A stretch of 63,886 nt of DNA, filler included, from Vannella sp. (GCA_023345925.1; 5 parts of 5 records of this genome joined end to end with filler, not necessarily neighbours in it); one strand, 5' to 3'. Shown: positions 34,179 to 47,797, numbered from the whole stretch's first letter. The notes: generated by a model from the sequence alone, not told the origin. Numbers and translations are program-made.

Positions 34179-37100
34179 CTATTCCTGACTCTCAACGATA
34201 ACAAGTGGAGTAGGACCTGGGGCTGGAGAAGCTGGGACTGGAACAGGAGTGCTTTTGGCAGATTTTCGAGCAGAGGGAGCCCTTGTTCTGCCCCAAAGTC
34301 CTTGGTAGAGCTTTTTGGCCACGGAGAGGACAGCAGGCGCATGGGGGCTGCGCAGGAAAACTCTGTAAATGTCGAGAAGAAGCTGGTCAGAACGCATCTG
34401 CATATCATCCGAAGGGAGAGCTCTCTCTCCTGTAAAGTGAAGATTTGTGTGGTGCACAAGGGAGTAAATATTCTTTTGCTCCTCCTGTTTAGGTGTTAGA
34501 GGAGGCTCAGGAATAACCAAGGTAGAAGGCTCAGATGAATTCAGTTGCTCATCAACTCCCACATTTAACTCTTGGAGATAAGTATTGACAGTAGACCGGC
34601 AGAGCTAACCTGAATCAGTTCACCACAGGAGGCCAAACGAAGATCCCTTACTTCAAAGATTTTCATGTGAATGAAAGATAAACATTCTGCAGTCCATCGA
34701 ACGCTTGGCTTATGCACCTGCAGAGCGTTAGATCGTCGGGAGGATAATAAAGAAACCAACCTTGATGATGGTCTGCGTGAGAAGCTCAATGTTCTTTTCT
34801 TGAACATTGATCTCCACCCAAAAGCGGAGGTACTTCTCCATGTGATAGAGCCACTTGCGAGGCCTTCCAGACAATGAGCAAGATGCAGAGCGCTCAAAGA
34901 AAGACAAATTGCCACTTTTGGTGGGAAGAGGAACGCTCATCAAAGGCGCTCTCTGGACTTTGAGGTTGACAATCGATTGCATGGCAAAGATGAGCACTTC
35001 CGAGGGAACCTGAAGTTGCTGATTGATACGAACACACTGACCTCCCATAAGAGACAGTCCTAAAGCTATTTGGAGCGTTCGTACCATGAATATAGCCAAA
35101 TGGTCCTTTGGAAAACTCTCCTGCAGTGCTTGAATACAGTCTTTGAGAATGCTTTCTTCGACTGTGTCACCATCGGCGGGGGGCTTGGAGGTATAATCGT
35201 AGCAAACAAGCTGCTGGCACTGCAAATAATATTAAAAGAATTCAGCTACAGAGGAGAGTTCAATACCAGAGCTACCTTCATTGGAGCAAGAATCTCCTTG
35301 GCTTTGATCCAAATCAAGCACTTTGCTCGGGCCGCGTGAAGGCGATAAGTGGCCTCTGTGGGAGAGCCATTTTGTTTTAGGAGGACGATTTCTTCATAAT
35401 GATCCAAGAATGAGGTAATCTCTTTCAATTGGTCCCATTGAGGACTTGGAGACTTCTCACAAGTAAGGTAAAACAGTTTCTCTTTGCATTTTCCCAAATA
35501 CACTGACGCTTCACAGTAATCGGCCCCTGCCTCATCAGAATGGCTCGCATCTTTGACTTTCGAGAACGCCTCAATAGCTTGGTTGATGTAAGCTTGGTAA
35601 ACCTCCGAGGCTTTGCCTCGGAACTGGGCGATTCCGTAGAAGAACTGACCCATCTCCTGCCATGCACTCACCAATGTTGCGTTATCAAAGACCAGCGCAC
35701 ATGTGCGTCGAAGCACCTGAATAGTGCTTTGAATGTCTAATTGCAACTGCTCCTCCACTTGACTCGGATTTGTATCGATTTTCTTGTAGACCAGATCTCG
35801 GTAATAATCGCCCAGAAGCTTCCACGCAGAGTAATTGAGATGGTCAACTGAGAGTGCTGAGATGAGCAGATCGTATTTGTGTGACTCTGCCTTGCCATCT
35901 AACTTCTCTGCAAAGAGAATGTAGCACCGATCAAAAACAACGTCAATCAAAGATTCTTCTTCGCCCAGAAAAAGTGGTTTGGGTAAGGGCTCTGTGCTAA
36001 GGTGCGCCTCCTTTCCGTTAATGAAGTCTTTCACAGCTTGCTTTCTGGCTTCATCATCTGGACGAATGATCAGTTTGAAAACTGGAAAGGTAAGCATTAA
36101 TGCCTGCCTCAGCTGGGTAGCATTCATGGCATTGTGGTCATTCAAGTACAAAATGGCTGTGAGAATGAAAATGACATTATCAGCTGTAACAGTCAGCTTA
36201 GAGGCACCGCTTCCGGATAGTAGGTCGTCATTATAAAGAATTTTAAACACCTGAGCCAACACACTGTCGAAAAGTCCTCCATCCACCATATCTACAGGAA
36301 GGGAAGGATCATTCTGAGTGGCCAAGTCCAATTGCAGTCTTTCCTCGTCTGATTTCAAGAAGGCCTTGCAAGCGTACTTGATGAGAGCACTTCTCTGCCA
36401 CAGAAGGAATGAAGATTCTTCATTTCCAAATTGCTCTGCCTCGTTCGCTCCACGGAGGAATTGAAGACGACTGTCCGTGAATACATCCGGAGGGGGCTCA
36501 TTTGGGGTCTTAACGAGGCCCAGAAAGACATAAAGATAGTAAAGCGACATCCAGCCCGAAGCAATCAAGTTACTTATTGATGCGTCGATAGATTTCTTCG
36601 CCTTTTCCAGGGCTTTAGGATCTGGAGTAATGGCTTCCATTAGTTTTGCAATCAAAGAAGCCAACTTAATGATCTGATGGGCGGTATCAGAAGGATCACC
36701 CCTTGTAGGAAGAAGCATAGTGGGTGCTTGACCCAAGGAATCTACCAAAAAGCCAAGGGAATTAGTGAGATCCTCAACAGGGAGGCAGCTGATAGAGATT
36801 GAGCCGCTAATATCGAAGCAATCTTCAATCAGTTCGTTCAGCCAAAGCCTGAAACTCTGACAGAAATCACCCAACAGGCAGAGGACCAGAGAACTTTGAT
36901 ACAACATCTCTAGGAGCTCTCTCCGAGATAATGGCGAGAGAACCTTAAGAGTGGCTTCGCTACCGCTTCTAAGAAGCTCTTTGGCCAGATATTCATGAAC
37001 ATGATGGAATCTGTGTTGAGAAAAGGCGCTCCAAACTTCGTCAAAGACCTCAAGTTTCTTCAGTCCGTTAATCTTTTGCTCAATCACGTTTCTTGACAGA

Positions 37101-39074
37101 TACCGTTTTTCGAGCGTCTTTGAATAGATGCTGTTCCACTGTCAGATAGAGACATAGAAAAGGACTCAAATTACATACCAGTGTGGTAAATAGACTGAAT
37201 GGCCAAGGGGGAGTGACTCAAAGAGCGTGAGAGCTTGCTCAAGATAGATTTGGGCGAGAGAAGTGCGATGTGAAGCGATTTCCAGCATTGCACGGGCCCA
37301 ATAGAGGCGAATTGTGTAATTGGGATTGCTGCTGAGTGGCTCCTTCCACTTTGAAGCACCCAAAAGAACCTCAGAGAGTTGCTTGGCAGCTTGATCAAAT
37401 TGCTGGGCCTGAAGAGGAGAACCGTTCTCGCATTTATCCAACAGAATCTCCAACACAAGTAACTCATACTAATCGAACCCACAAGTTAGCAAGAGCCAAT
37501 GAATTGAGGTCTACAAACATCAGCTGAGGAAGAAATGGAGTCTTTCCGGTCATCGTTCAATCGAAGAATAAGATTTTGCTGGGCACTGTCCCAAGGAATG
37601 TTCAACTCAGGATTTTGGTAGATAAACCCGAGCAGATGGTGAATGAGATGAGGAAGGCCATGGTTGCCCATTCCTTGCTCAAAGGCTTCGCCATCTGCAG
37701 GGAGAAACGCAAACTCTTGCAAGAAAGAAGCAACTTCTTTCTGTTCTTCAGCCGAGACTGATTTTCTTTCCAAAAACGAGGAGCAGCTTACAGAAAGTGA
37801 GCTTCGTCTTGGCAGCTCTTCAGAGACATTAAACGGTGCGAAATCTTGCCCTTCGCCTCCATCAGCGTCCGAAAAGAACTTTTTCGCAAAGGCGAGGGTC
37901 AATTCTTTCTTTTCTTGGATTCTCTTCGATTTCCTTCCCTTCAACGGAGAGAAAACCCAATCTCCAGACTCAAGGGAAGGATTGCTAGGATTACTTCCTA
38001 CTTCGGTTGGAGCGGGTTCTGAGGCAACAACAACCACCAAACTAGCTGAGTTACTGGGGAGGGCTGTTGTCTTTGCAATCAATGCCGCCTCTGTGGGTTG
38101 TATATGAATGGCAGGGTCTGCAGAAAAGGCATTTTGCGAGTCCTGCACGCTTGCAACATCCATCTGCTCGGAAAGAAGATGGCCTAGAGCCAACCAACTG
38201 AACTGATTCAGCTCTAAAGTTAAGGGGAAAGTCATATTCTCGGTTTGTGGCCTGATGAAGCACTCAGGAATAGTCTGAACAGCATGAGTGAGCTTGCTCT
38301 GCATATCCAATAGCTGGAATTGCTTTGGATGTTCCCGAATAGAACGGTCTAAGAGGCACTGGCACCCTTCATAGTCACCAATTCGATAAAGTAGAGAAAG
38401 GAGATCGTAGAGAGCTGGCCAGCACTTGTGATCGAGTGTCAAAGCTTGTTCTAAAGCCTCCCTGGCTCCACTATCATTTCCTTGACGAGTTAGGCACTCT
38501 GCAAGTTTGTGCCAGACACCCTAGCTCTCTATTAGCTTCCACACTACCACTCAGATGCCCTCTTACAACGTCGGCGTCCCCAAGCTCGAGAGAGCGCCAA
38601 TAGAAGCTAATAGATTGTTCAAGGCTCCCCGATTCCAGGCTCTGCTACTCGCTGAGGGCTTGAGTGGGACAGGAGATAGTACTAACCTGAGCGTAGAGAG
38701 CACCCAGGTGCTTGTGGGAGAGGAAGAAGATGCGGTCGAGAGTGGACTCCTGTTGCACGATTTCGCTCCTTGGGCGCTTCCCCAGCTTGATAGTGGTGGA
38801 TCCAAGAGTTGCTCCGACACCGGCTTTGCTTATCAGAGCATTGGGGTTCTGTTTGAAGTAGTCAAGAACGAGGTGGAACTTGCGCATGGCTTTCCCCTCC
38901 TCCGCAACGAGCATGTGGCCCAGTCCCTCGTGGTACAGAGTGATCACACGCGCCTCCTCTTTCTCTTGCAACCCCACATCTTGCTGGGACTCAGACGATC
39001 CATTGATGGGTCGAAAGCGGATCTGCAAACCCTCGTCAGCCCCAAAAGGTCATTCGCCCTTCACCCCTCACCAT
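34179..39074 (-). CDS. CABIN1: CABIN1/Hir3 (HIRA complex TPR subunit), multi-exon
   Basis: M/IRFRPIN…EKEEARVITLYHEGL; WHKLAECL…AREALEQALTLDHKCWPALYDLLSLLYRIGDYEGC; EATYRLHAARAKCL. Confidence 0.8.
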
Positions 39075-39292
39075 GATCCTAAAATATAACATATCGCCGC
39101 ACCAGGATTATTATTATTATCACTTTTGCCTGTCGTATCAGAATCAACCGAAAAAGGGCCATTCCAACAATTTTCTCAATGGAGCTCCCTGACCAATGAG
39201 CAGCGAGTGGGTGCACCTTCTCGCACCCTCTTTCATCAAGGAGGGGAAGTGAGGGGAACATGGTCGTGGTTCTCGTCAGTGTGCATTAACCT

Positions 39293-40000
39293 ATGTCTGT
39301 TTCTGGAGAGTGCACGGTCTGCTTTGAAAACGCGAAGCTGATCCCCTTGACGCCCCGTTGTAGACATTCACCAACGGTTTGTCTGGAGTGCACGAGGAAG
39401 CATTTGGGAGTCTTGCTTAGGGGAGGAAGCTTTGCTGTGGCCCCTAACATTGCTGAGCTTGCGTGCTTGCAGAGGGGCTGTCCATGTATTTTCCAACCGG
39501 ATGATCTGCAAAACCTACTCACCCCTGTGATGTTCACTCGCTGGGACCAGCTCGTCCACTTCGCTTACCTGAAGACCCTACCCGACTTTTTCTACTGCTC
39601 CCGCCCTACTTGTGGCTCTGGGCAGATAGTGGATGGTGGAAAGAATGAGAATACCTTTTTTACATGCTATGCTGATGGGTGTGCGACAAAGACGTGCCTT
39701 CGCCATCGCATCCCCTTCCACGAAGGAGTATCCTGCGACGACTTTGATGAAGACAGTAACGACTTGACCCGGTCTCAAGTTGCCATGGAGCGTGACTACA
39801 AGCCTTGTCCTAGTTGCAAGGAGATGGTGGAGAAGAACCAAGGGTGTGACCACATGACCTGCCTTTGCACACACCAGTTCTGCTACAGCTGCCTTGCAGA
39901 CTGGAGTGACATCATTAACAATGATAACTCATACCACAACCCATCCTGTCCATGGTACTTCACCCAAGATGTTGACGAGGACCAGCTACGCGACATCTAA
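39293..40000 (+). CDS. Minimal RBR (RING1-IBR-RING2) E3 ubiquitin ligase
   Basis: CTVC…CRH..VCLEC; IBR C…C…C…CLRHRIPFHEG.SC; RING2 CPSC..VEKNQGCDHMTCLCTHQFCYSC. Confidence 0.92.
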   Translation: MSVSGECTVCFENAKLIPLTPRCRHSPTVCLECTRKHLGVLLRGGSFAVAPNIAELACLQRGCPCIFQPDDLQNLLTPVMFTRWDQLVHFAYLKTLPDFFYCSRPTCGSGQIVDGGKNENTFFTCYADGCATKTCLRHRIPFHEGVSCDDFDEDSNDLTRSQVAMERDYKPCPSCKEMVEKNQGCDHMTCLCTHQFCYSCLADWSDIINNDNSYHNPSCPWYFTQDVDEDQLRDI

Positions 40001-40125
40001 TTGGCAGGCAATTGTTTAACCGACCGAATTCACGATTAATTGGGTAATTAAATGATAAAAAAGTGCATCATCTCCACTTTTCTCTGGAAGGGACGATCCG
40101 TTGAGTGTCGGGGCTGGGGTTTGCG

Positions 40126-42854
40126 ATGCCGAAGCAACGGAACGTGAGTAAGACGCGGGAAGAGCAGGTGTCAGTCGTAGAGGAACCCCAGAAGAAGGGG
40201 GAACCGCTGATGGAGGTCGAAGAGCCTCCGGTGGTGGAGGCAAACGAGGTGAAAGTGTCCAGGGTGCCTCACAGGCGATCGTCTCAGAAGGAACACGGCT
40301 CTGTACGAACAAAACGAACGTCGAGACTCTCTCTACGCACCAAATCAATCTCTACTGCGCAACTGCCATACGAAATCAAACGCGAGGACTTGGACAGCGA
40401 CAGCGCAGTGGACATGGACAGTGAGTCTCATTATCCCGAGGAATCTGAAGCTATAGAGGTAGAGAACAGTGTTGGGGCACAACGAGACATCGACGAAGCT
40501 CGCCGAAACGTTCTAATGGCCATCCTTACCAGAGACGCCTCAACACTTCCTCTCATGCTCCATCAGTTGAAGAAGCTAACGAGAGCTAACGTTAACTTTA
40601 AGGATGGGCTTGACCGTTCCTCTCTCCTCCATCGCTGTGCTATCCAGGGCGACTCGCTTGAACTTATCGAGATCCTGCTGTCGAAGGGCGCTCGTGTTGA
40701 CACTGCAGACAACCACGGACAGACACCACTCCACCTGGTGTCTTTAAAAGGAGACGCAGACGCAACCTTGCTGCTTCTGGAGAAGGGAGCGAACTGCATG
40801 GCCAAGAACCTTGTCAACCAAACACCTCTTCACTGCTCTGCCATCGGCGGACACGTCCGATTGCTGGAGATTCTGATAGCCCACAAGGCGCTAGTCAATC
40901 TACAAGACGCTGAGGGCTTCACAGCCCTCCATCATGCCTGCAAACATCAACACCCTCTCTGCGTGGAGTACTTGCTCCGCCATGGTGCTGGGGCACTCAG
41001 CTTGACCAAGAACCAAATGAGACCGATGGATCTTGTCCAGAAGGTACCAGATCCGAAGCACAAGGACAAGCTCCACTTCACAGCCGAGGCCAAGTCGATT
41101 CAGAAGCTCCTGAAGAAGCACGGAGGGAACAAGGCTCCTCCCGTACGTGCACCACCCAGCCTCTTCGTGGGAAGCGGTAACATCCGAAGCGCCACGTTGG
41201 GGCACGATCGCAGGCTACGTGCAGTGTCAAAGCTGTCAATGCAATCAGCGACATTCGTGGACAGGGAAGAGGATGAACCAGTCTCTACCAGTACTGGAGT
41301 GGTAGTCTTCCGTCACTCTTCTATCGATCCAGACGGAAAGGACGAAGAAAGTGAGGAGGAAGAGGTCCAAGAGCCTCTTTCCCCCACCCACAGACCCTCT
41401 TTTGAAGCCAAACTGGACAAATATGGCTTCGTCATTGATGAAGAGAGCCCTCAGGCCCTGCCAGTTGATGTCAAGTCACACAAGAAGCTTGTGGCAAAGG
41501 AAGATACCCGCGCCCTCAAATGGATTAACCTCATCAAGAGCAACGTCAGCCCTGGCGGAGGCGTCAACTTGGAGACTTTCCGCAAGAGCAAGAAAGTCTT
41601 TAAACTAGCCGACCAAGGCATCCCTGACAGTGTTCGAGGACAAGTCTGGAAACTACTCGCTGGAATAGACCAGCGCAATAACTCGATTTACTACAAGCTA
41701 TTGGAAGAGAAGAAGTGGGTCCAGTCCATTCACGACCAAATCCACAGAGATATTGACCGCACCATGCCTCGGCACGTTCTCTTTCGCGAAAAGGGACAAG
41801 GGTGAGCTGCTAGAGGGATTCTTGGATGTTAACTGACACTGAATGTAGCCAAACAATGCTAACGAATGTTCTGTTGGCCTATTCCAGTTATCGACCGGAT
41901 GTGGGCTATTGCCAGGGCATGGGCTTTATTACTGCCATGTTTCTCATGTACATGACGGAGGAGGTGAGAATTTGGTGCTAGAGGTCTGCTTCAACTCACA
42001 GAGAGACTTTAGGATGCCTTTTGGCTGCTTGACCAGTTAGCAGGGAGCGAATATCAATTTGGTATTGTTTGGGAGGAAAGCATGAGCATGGTCAAGCAGA
42101 CCACCTTCGCCCTCACCAAACTTATTGAATCAAAGTTTCCCAAGCTAGCTACCACCTTTGTGAGGCCTTTGGGTGTTTCTGTGACGTCGTTCTTACCCAT
42201 GACTTTAGGAAGAGAGTAACATTCCCATCTTGGCTTTCTCAGCTCAATTCTTTATCACTGGATTCATGTACAATCTCCCTTTTGAGATGGCTGCTCGCGT
42301 TTGGGATGCATTCTGGCTTCGCAAGTTTGATTTTCTCTACGCTGTTGCTATATCTATCATGAAACTCACACAGCGTATGTAAAAGCTCCCTTATTCCCTT
42401 CAAAGACTCATATAGAACAGATATCCTCGTTGGAGCTGAACTAGACGTTATAATGGGCTTCTTTGTCTTCAAAGAGCAAGAATCAATGCCTTTTACAACC
42501 GAACAGATAGTAGAAGTGTCAATCTCCCAGTTTGCGAAACTCAAACCGACACAGCTTCGTAAATGGGAAGCAGAAGCTGCAGAAGAGATCAAAATCGAGG
42601 CCGCTCACACAGCTCAAAGGAGGAAAGAGTTAGACAAAAGAGATGAGGAGCGACGACAGCGAGCGGCTGCAACTCCATCAGAAGGTGCAAAAACCTCCTC
42701 TTCTCACCTTAATGTATCCTCCACAACCAGCGATCTCAGCTTACGAGACACCAGCGAAATAACTGACTCAGCCACAAAAGCGAAACGGCGAAGGAGTACC
42801 AAACTCAGCTCATCAGCATCCAAACGAAACTCAGGCGAAGGGAGCAAGAAATAG
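40126..42854 (+). CDS. Ankyrin-repeat + TBC (Rab-GAP) protein, multi-exon
   Basis: GQTPLHLVS, QTPLHCSA, GFTALHHAC; LDKYGF, GIPDSVRGQVWKLL, IHRDIDRT (Arg finger), GYCQGM (Gln finger). Confidence 0.9.
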
Positions 42855-42910
42855 TCCCTTTTGCATGTATCATACTACCCACCTAAAGAGTGCCAGTTGG
42901 CTAATCAGCT

Positions 42911-44506
42911 TTAGAATCCTTCTCCGTCCTCACGAGCATTAAAGGCAATGTCAAAGGGAGCAGTGGGCACCAAGAGAGGCTGATATTGAGCGTCGACAAT
43001 CTCTTCGGGGTCACTGTCGAGGCGGTAGCGTTTCACAGCCTCCTGAACGAGAATAGCAAGTTGGATATCGCTTGAAGAGACTGCTGGGCACCGTCTAGTT
43101 CCCACACCATAAGGAGTAGAGGCATAAGGATGGATGGATTGGACACTTTCGTCATCCATCCAACGCTCAGGAAGGAAGTTGAGCGGCTCCTTAAAGTATC
43201 TTTCGCTCACTGCTGTATTGCTCGCAACACAGGATAGCCTAACCTTGGCAGGAACACGATATCCTCCCACTACGAACTCTTGCGTGGAGGACCGTACAAA
43301 CGCATCTTGGAGTGGATGCAAACGCATCGACTCTCTCACCACTGCAAAGAGGTATGGGCACTGCCGGAGATCTCCTTTGGAGAGCAGAGCTTCTTCGAAG
43401 ACCTTTCGTTGAACATCCTCGCGTGTAGCGACGTCATGAAGAAGCCACATGGATGTGGGTGTTGTGAACCCTGAAGCTGGGAACAGGACATCTATCATGA
43501 TTGCGATCAGCTCTTCTTCGTTCAGCTTTGATCCGTCTTCGAACACGTAGGAGGAGAGATAGGCCAGGAGGGAGTCCTGGGAAGGGGACTTGTTGTGATT
43601 CTCGATAATCTCGCTCATCATCTCGTGGCTCTCATCCAGGGACTTGCAGAAGAGTGTCCATGATGGTGTTGGAAGAAAGCGTGCAAAAGGGTTGCGAAGT
43701 AAGCCTTTCTCGCCCTTCGAGAGGCCTCTCTGCACTCGGAAGAATCGAGTGGCAAAGCTGTGGTGATCTACAAAGGCCCCAGAGGACTGAGAGAAGAGAG
43801 TCCAGAACACTGATTCAAAGGACCACAGCATAAACCTATCTCTCAGGTCAGCAAACACACAGACAACCGACAAAAGCACTTACAAGAGAGAAAGGTTCGC
43901 TGGCACTTTGGTGTACGGGTCGATCTGAGGTTCAAGGAAGGAAAGGAAGTGCTGCGATATCTTCCTCATCGGCTCTACCAGCTTGATCCCAGCGGTGGGG
44001 TTCCCAAAGAACTTTGCGAGGGGCTCTTGGAAACGGGCGCGGTTCTCTCCCATCAGAGCAGAGGGCCTGTTGTGCTTCTTTTGATAGCATCTGTAGTAGT
44101 AAGAGCCTTGAGGGAGCTCTTTACTATTCTCAACAGCCTCCTGAATGGCCTCTGCAGTCCCCAATTGGATGGTGGGCTTGGACCCTGCGTCACAACGGAC
44201 GAGATCACCGTACTCTGAAAAGAGAAGCTCGTAGAAAGCTTCCTTCTGCGGACGATCAGCGATGAGCTGCGAGCGTTGAACAAACGAAAGAAACTCTTTA
44301 GAGGAGGTCGGACCGGGCATCTCGCTCAAATCCTTCACAACCTGCGTAGCCCTGCCGGCCTTTCTCATCGCCTCCTCGTAAGGACTATCCACGTGAGTGC
44401 TCCCACTCGCTGATCGAGCCTGTAAAGAGCCAAGCATACGCCCAGACCCTCTCAACACTAGTCCCCTCAACATCACGACACCACGCAATGAATGAATGAA
44501 TTTCAT
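42911..44506 (-). CDS. Cytochrome P450 with mitochondrial-clan-like features; 2 exons (intron ~43836-43883)
   Basis: Arg/Ser-rich presequence MKFIHSLRGVVMLRGLVLRGSGR…, LSEMPGP, LFMLWSFESV, ESMRLHP (ExxR), FLPERW, IHPYASTPYGVGTRRCPA (heme Cys). Confidence 0.88.
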
Positions 44507-44906
44507 CTTGTCTTTCCGACGCAGGCCACGCTCTCGCTGTGTCGGATCAAGGCTTAAGCCCGCTTTGGGATCGGAGGTGATTCTCCTTTCCCTAGCTGGT
44601 GATAGAAGTGTAGGAGGTGGTGGCTTAACCAGCAAAGTGTGTGGAACTCTCCCAGGATGACGCAAGAGCCCGAGGTGGAACCGCGTTGAACGTGGTGATC
44701 GGGAGCACTTGCCTGTATGGGAAAGAACGAGAGGACTAAGGTGAAAGTCCACAACCATCTCCAGCTGGAGCTTTGTGGACAAGCAGGCCATGGCCTAAGT
44801 ATCCGATCCGGCCTCCAAGGAGAGGGATTTCATGGCTTGAGGGGAAAGGAGCCTCTTTTCGTCCACAGCTCGTCGGAGCCCGTGACTCCTTCTCAACACC
44901 TGAAGA

Positions 44907-45006
44907 NNNNNNNNNNNNNNNNNNNNNNNNNNNNNNNNNNNNNNNNNNNNTTAATTAATTAANNNNNNNNNNNNNNNNNNNNNNNNNNNNNNNNNNNNNN
45001 NNNNNN
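44907..45006. other. Artificial assembly spacer N44-TTAATTAATTAA-N44
   Basis: Identical to the other spacers. Confidence 0.99.
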
Positions 45007-45103
45007 CGCTCGCAACTAGGTGCGACTTAGTAAATCTAGAAATCAACCTGGGTTATTCTAACTTTATAAGTCTTATCGTATTAGTTCCATTGCATCCCTC
45101 TTC

Positions 45104-47222
45104 ATGACGGGGAGCTTCCTCTCGCTTCTGCTCTCCTTTTTGTTTGGTTTTGCGTGTGGGGGAGTGACGTTGGTATTGGTGGTGGTGATGCTGATCTACC
45201 GTCTGCTGGGCCACTTGGAGGAGAAGTCTGCGGCTTTCACAACTCGCTTGGAAGTCCACAAGTCCGTCCCTGAGGTTGATCTGTCGTCATTGAAGGTGAT
45301 TGGCGTCTCTGGCACAAACTGTGTGGGTCTCATGATAGAGATAGGAGCTACATTGCTACGTGAAGCTGCAACGTTGGGCAGACAGCGTAAATGGGTCTCA
45401 CAAGGTCACGAAGTGGACCTACGCGGTCCTGAAGGGCAACAGCATCTTCTTTTTCGATACTAGCATAGTAGGTAGTGTGTTAGGCGACAGATTCGACCTC
45501 ACTCTACGTAGAGGGACAGCTTACTTCACGTGATTAGTCTGGATGGGTGCTCTGTCACAGTGTCCAGTCGCAACTGGGCCTCGCCAGCCAACAACTTGGA
45601 GATCTCTCACTCAGAGGAGTACCTTCTGCAAGAGTCTCGCCAAGTCTGCTTGTTCTTTGCTGTCGGACGTGAACTCGAGGAGTGGTTTTGGGCGGTTCTC
45701 AAGGCTTCTCAGCTCAACGAGAGGGTATGACCCATCTGGAACGTATTCATTCCCTCCAAGTGTCTCATTCGCATCAGGGGAGTGAGATTGCAGCAGAGGA
45801 GTACCAAATCCGGGGTCATTTTGAGGCAATCAAAGCGAAGGTGCAACCCTCAGGTAGGTCCAATCTCATTGGAAGGAGGCATGTTGTTCACGAAAGCTCG
45901 TATCAGAGGGTGAATTGGCGCCTGAAGCGTGGGCAAATGCACTGTTACCAAGAGTTTGGTGGAATCTGTTCGACAATCGGAGCTTCCACCGGTTCATTGT
46001 GAAGCGGCTTGGCAAGAGGATAGCAAAGATCACAGATTTCCCAAAGTTTATTGTGAGTTGTTACGGTCATCTGGAAGCTCTCTCATAAGGGATTTAGGAC
46101 AGTATGGTTCTCCATTCTATTGACCTGGGACCAGGATTGCCAATACTATCTAACGCTACCCTTTTTGAGATGACTCCGGATGGCTCTGTGGACGTTGATG
46201 TTGATTTGGAGTACCAGGGAGGATTTACGTTAACGGTGAAGATTAAGACAAGTATGTCACTTCCAGGTACTTCCCTCGAGCTTCCAGCCACTGCAGTGAT
46301 CACTGTGAAGAGGCTATCGGGGAGATTACGTATTCATGTTTCTCCTCCTCCCTGTGAGCGCTTTTGGATTGGATTCCATGAGCTTCCAGTCACAGACGTT
46401 CACGCAGAGACGGAGATAGCTATCATAGACTCGACCTCCGCTTCCATTCCAAAGATAGCCAACAGCATTATCAAGAAGCTGAAGGCTGATCTCACAAAAG
46501 TGATCGTCAATAAGCTGAAAGCGGACATTCTGGGAGAGAAGATGGTCCTTCCCAACATGGACGACTTCCCACTCCCCTACTTCACACACCACGAGGGAGA
46601 GGACCACGAGGATTACCTGTCTCAGGTCATTCTTTCAAGAGAAACTCTAGCGGGAGAGGGGAGAAAACGAAGAAACACTGGCTCTGTATTGGGAGTGTCT
46701 CCCACAGGAGTGACTATCTTGAACAAGCATATTGATAGCGACCAGATCGTCCCATTGATCAAATCTTATGCAACACGAGATGGTGTTAAGAAGCTAACGA
46801 CTTCTGGAGTCCGTCAATTGCAACAGAATCGACCCACGAGAGAGTCAATTAAGGAGAATATGGAAAAAGGGCGCCAAGCCATCATCGAGTCGGGTATGAC
46901 CAACCCAAGGAACTGGAGGGACCCTCTTTATTCCAACTTTGAGCAAGTGAAGGATGGCCTTTTGCAGTACGGGGTGATGAGGTCGAAGAAAGATATGCCT
47001 CCGGATTACCAACCCAAACCTCTCGTTCGGATGCCCTCTGTCACTGAGAAGAAGCTTGCCATCTCACCTTTCCAGCGCCCGGATAAGACTGTTTTAAGCG
47101 ACCCTTCTATTCCGAGGAGGCGCAACAAACCTCGAGACAATCCTCTGATGCCTCGTTCATCGCGCACATCCAACGGCCTGTTGGCATCTCATCTCTCAAC
47201 ATCACCTCAGGGCAGTGATTAG
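45104..47222 (+). CDS. TEX2/Nvj2-like ER contact-site protein (TM-PH-SMP), multi-exon
   Basis: N-terminal TM; PH (WTYAVLKGNSIFFF…ISLDGCSV…GRELEEWFWAV); SMP (LHSIDLGPGLP…LEYQGG…VKRLSGRLRIHVSPPPCERFWIGF…MVLPNMDDFP). Confidence 0.85.
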
Positions 47223-47320
47223 TCGATGCAAGACCGGTCCAGTTGTAGTAATAGACTGTTCAGTTCACCTTCTCACATCAGAACGGCTTGAGGAAGAGAA
47301 AAGTCCGTTAGTGAATGGGT

Positions 47321-47797
47321 TTATAACGTTACACTTGCTCTGCTACGAAGGCGCGGTGATAGGAGAAGGCGAGGTGATATCAGGCGTCCTAATCGCTGGC
47401 TTATCGATCGGTGGTTGGACTTCTTTTGGTTCGTTTTGAGGAGGGGAAGCAAGTGGGATTGGCCCTCTTGGATGGCCCAGTCCAAAGGTGAGTCTTGATC
47501 CATGTCCAAAATGTCCACTCTCGCACCAAGAGTGAGAAGAAGTGTGACGACCTCTTGATGACCCTCCTTGACGGCCCAATGAAGGGGTGTCTCCAAGTAG
47601 TAGTTTGGTGTGTTTACTTCAGCACCACTGCTAACCAGTATCATGACAAAGCTGGGATCATTCTGGAGAGCAGCAAAATGAAGGGGAGAACTCCCGCTGT
47701 CCGTTAATTCATCAATGTGTGGAAGGAGCGATCGGACTTCTGGTTCGTTGAAAGGGTGTGTGACGATGAACTTGGTAAGAGGATTCCATGCGGTCAT
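47321..47797 (-). CDS. Small ankyrin-repeat protein
   Basis: GSSPLHFAA, ETPLHWAVKEGH, DSPLDWA. Confidence 0.85.
   Translation of the reverse strand: MTAWNPLTKFIVTHPFNEPEVRSLLPHIDELTDSGSSPLHFAALQNDPSFVMILVSSGAEVNTPNYYLETPLHWAVKEGHQEVVTLLLTLGARVDILDMDQDSPLDWAIQEGQSHLLPLLKTNQKKSNHRSISQRLGRLISPRLLLSPRLRSRASVTL

Noticed and set aside
44507..44791. 95-aa N-terminal extension of the P450 ORF
   Set aside because: Low-information sequence upstream of a good mitochondrial-presequence-like start at 44506; probably 5' UTR or promoter.
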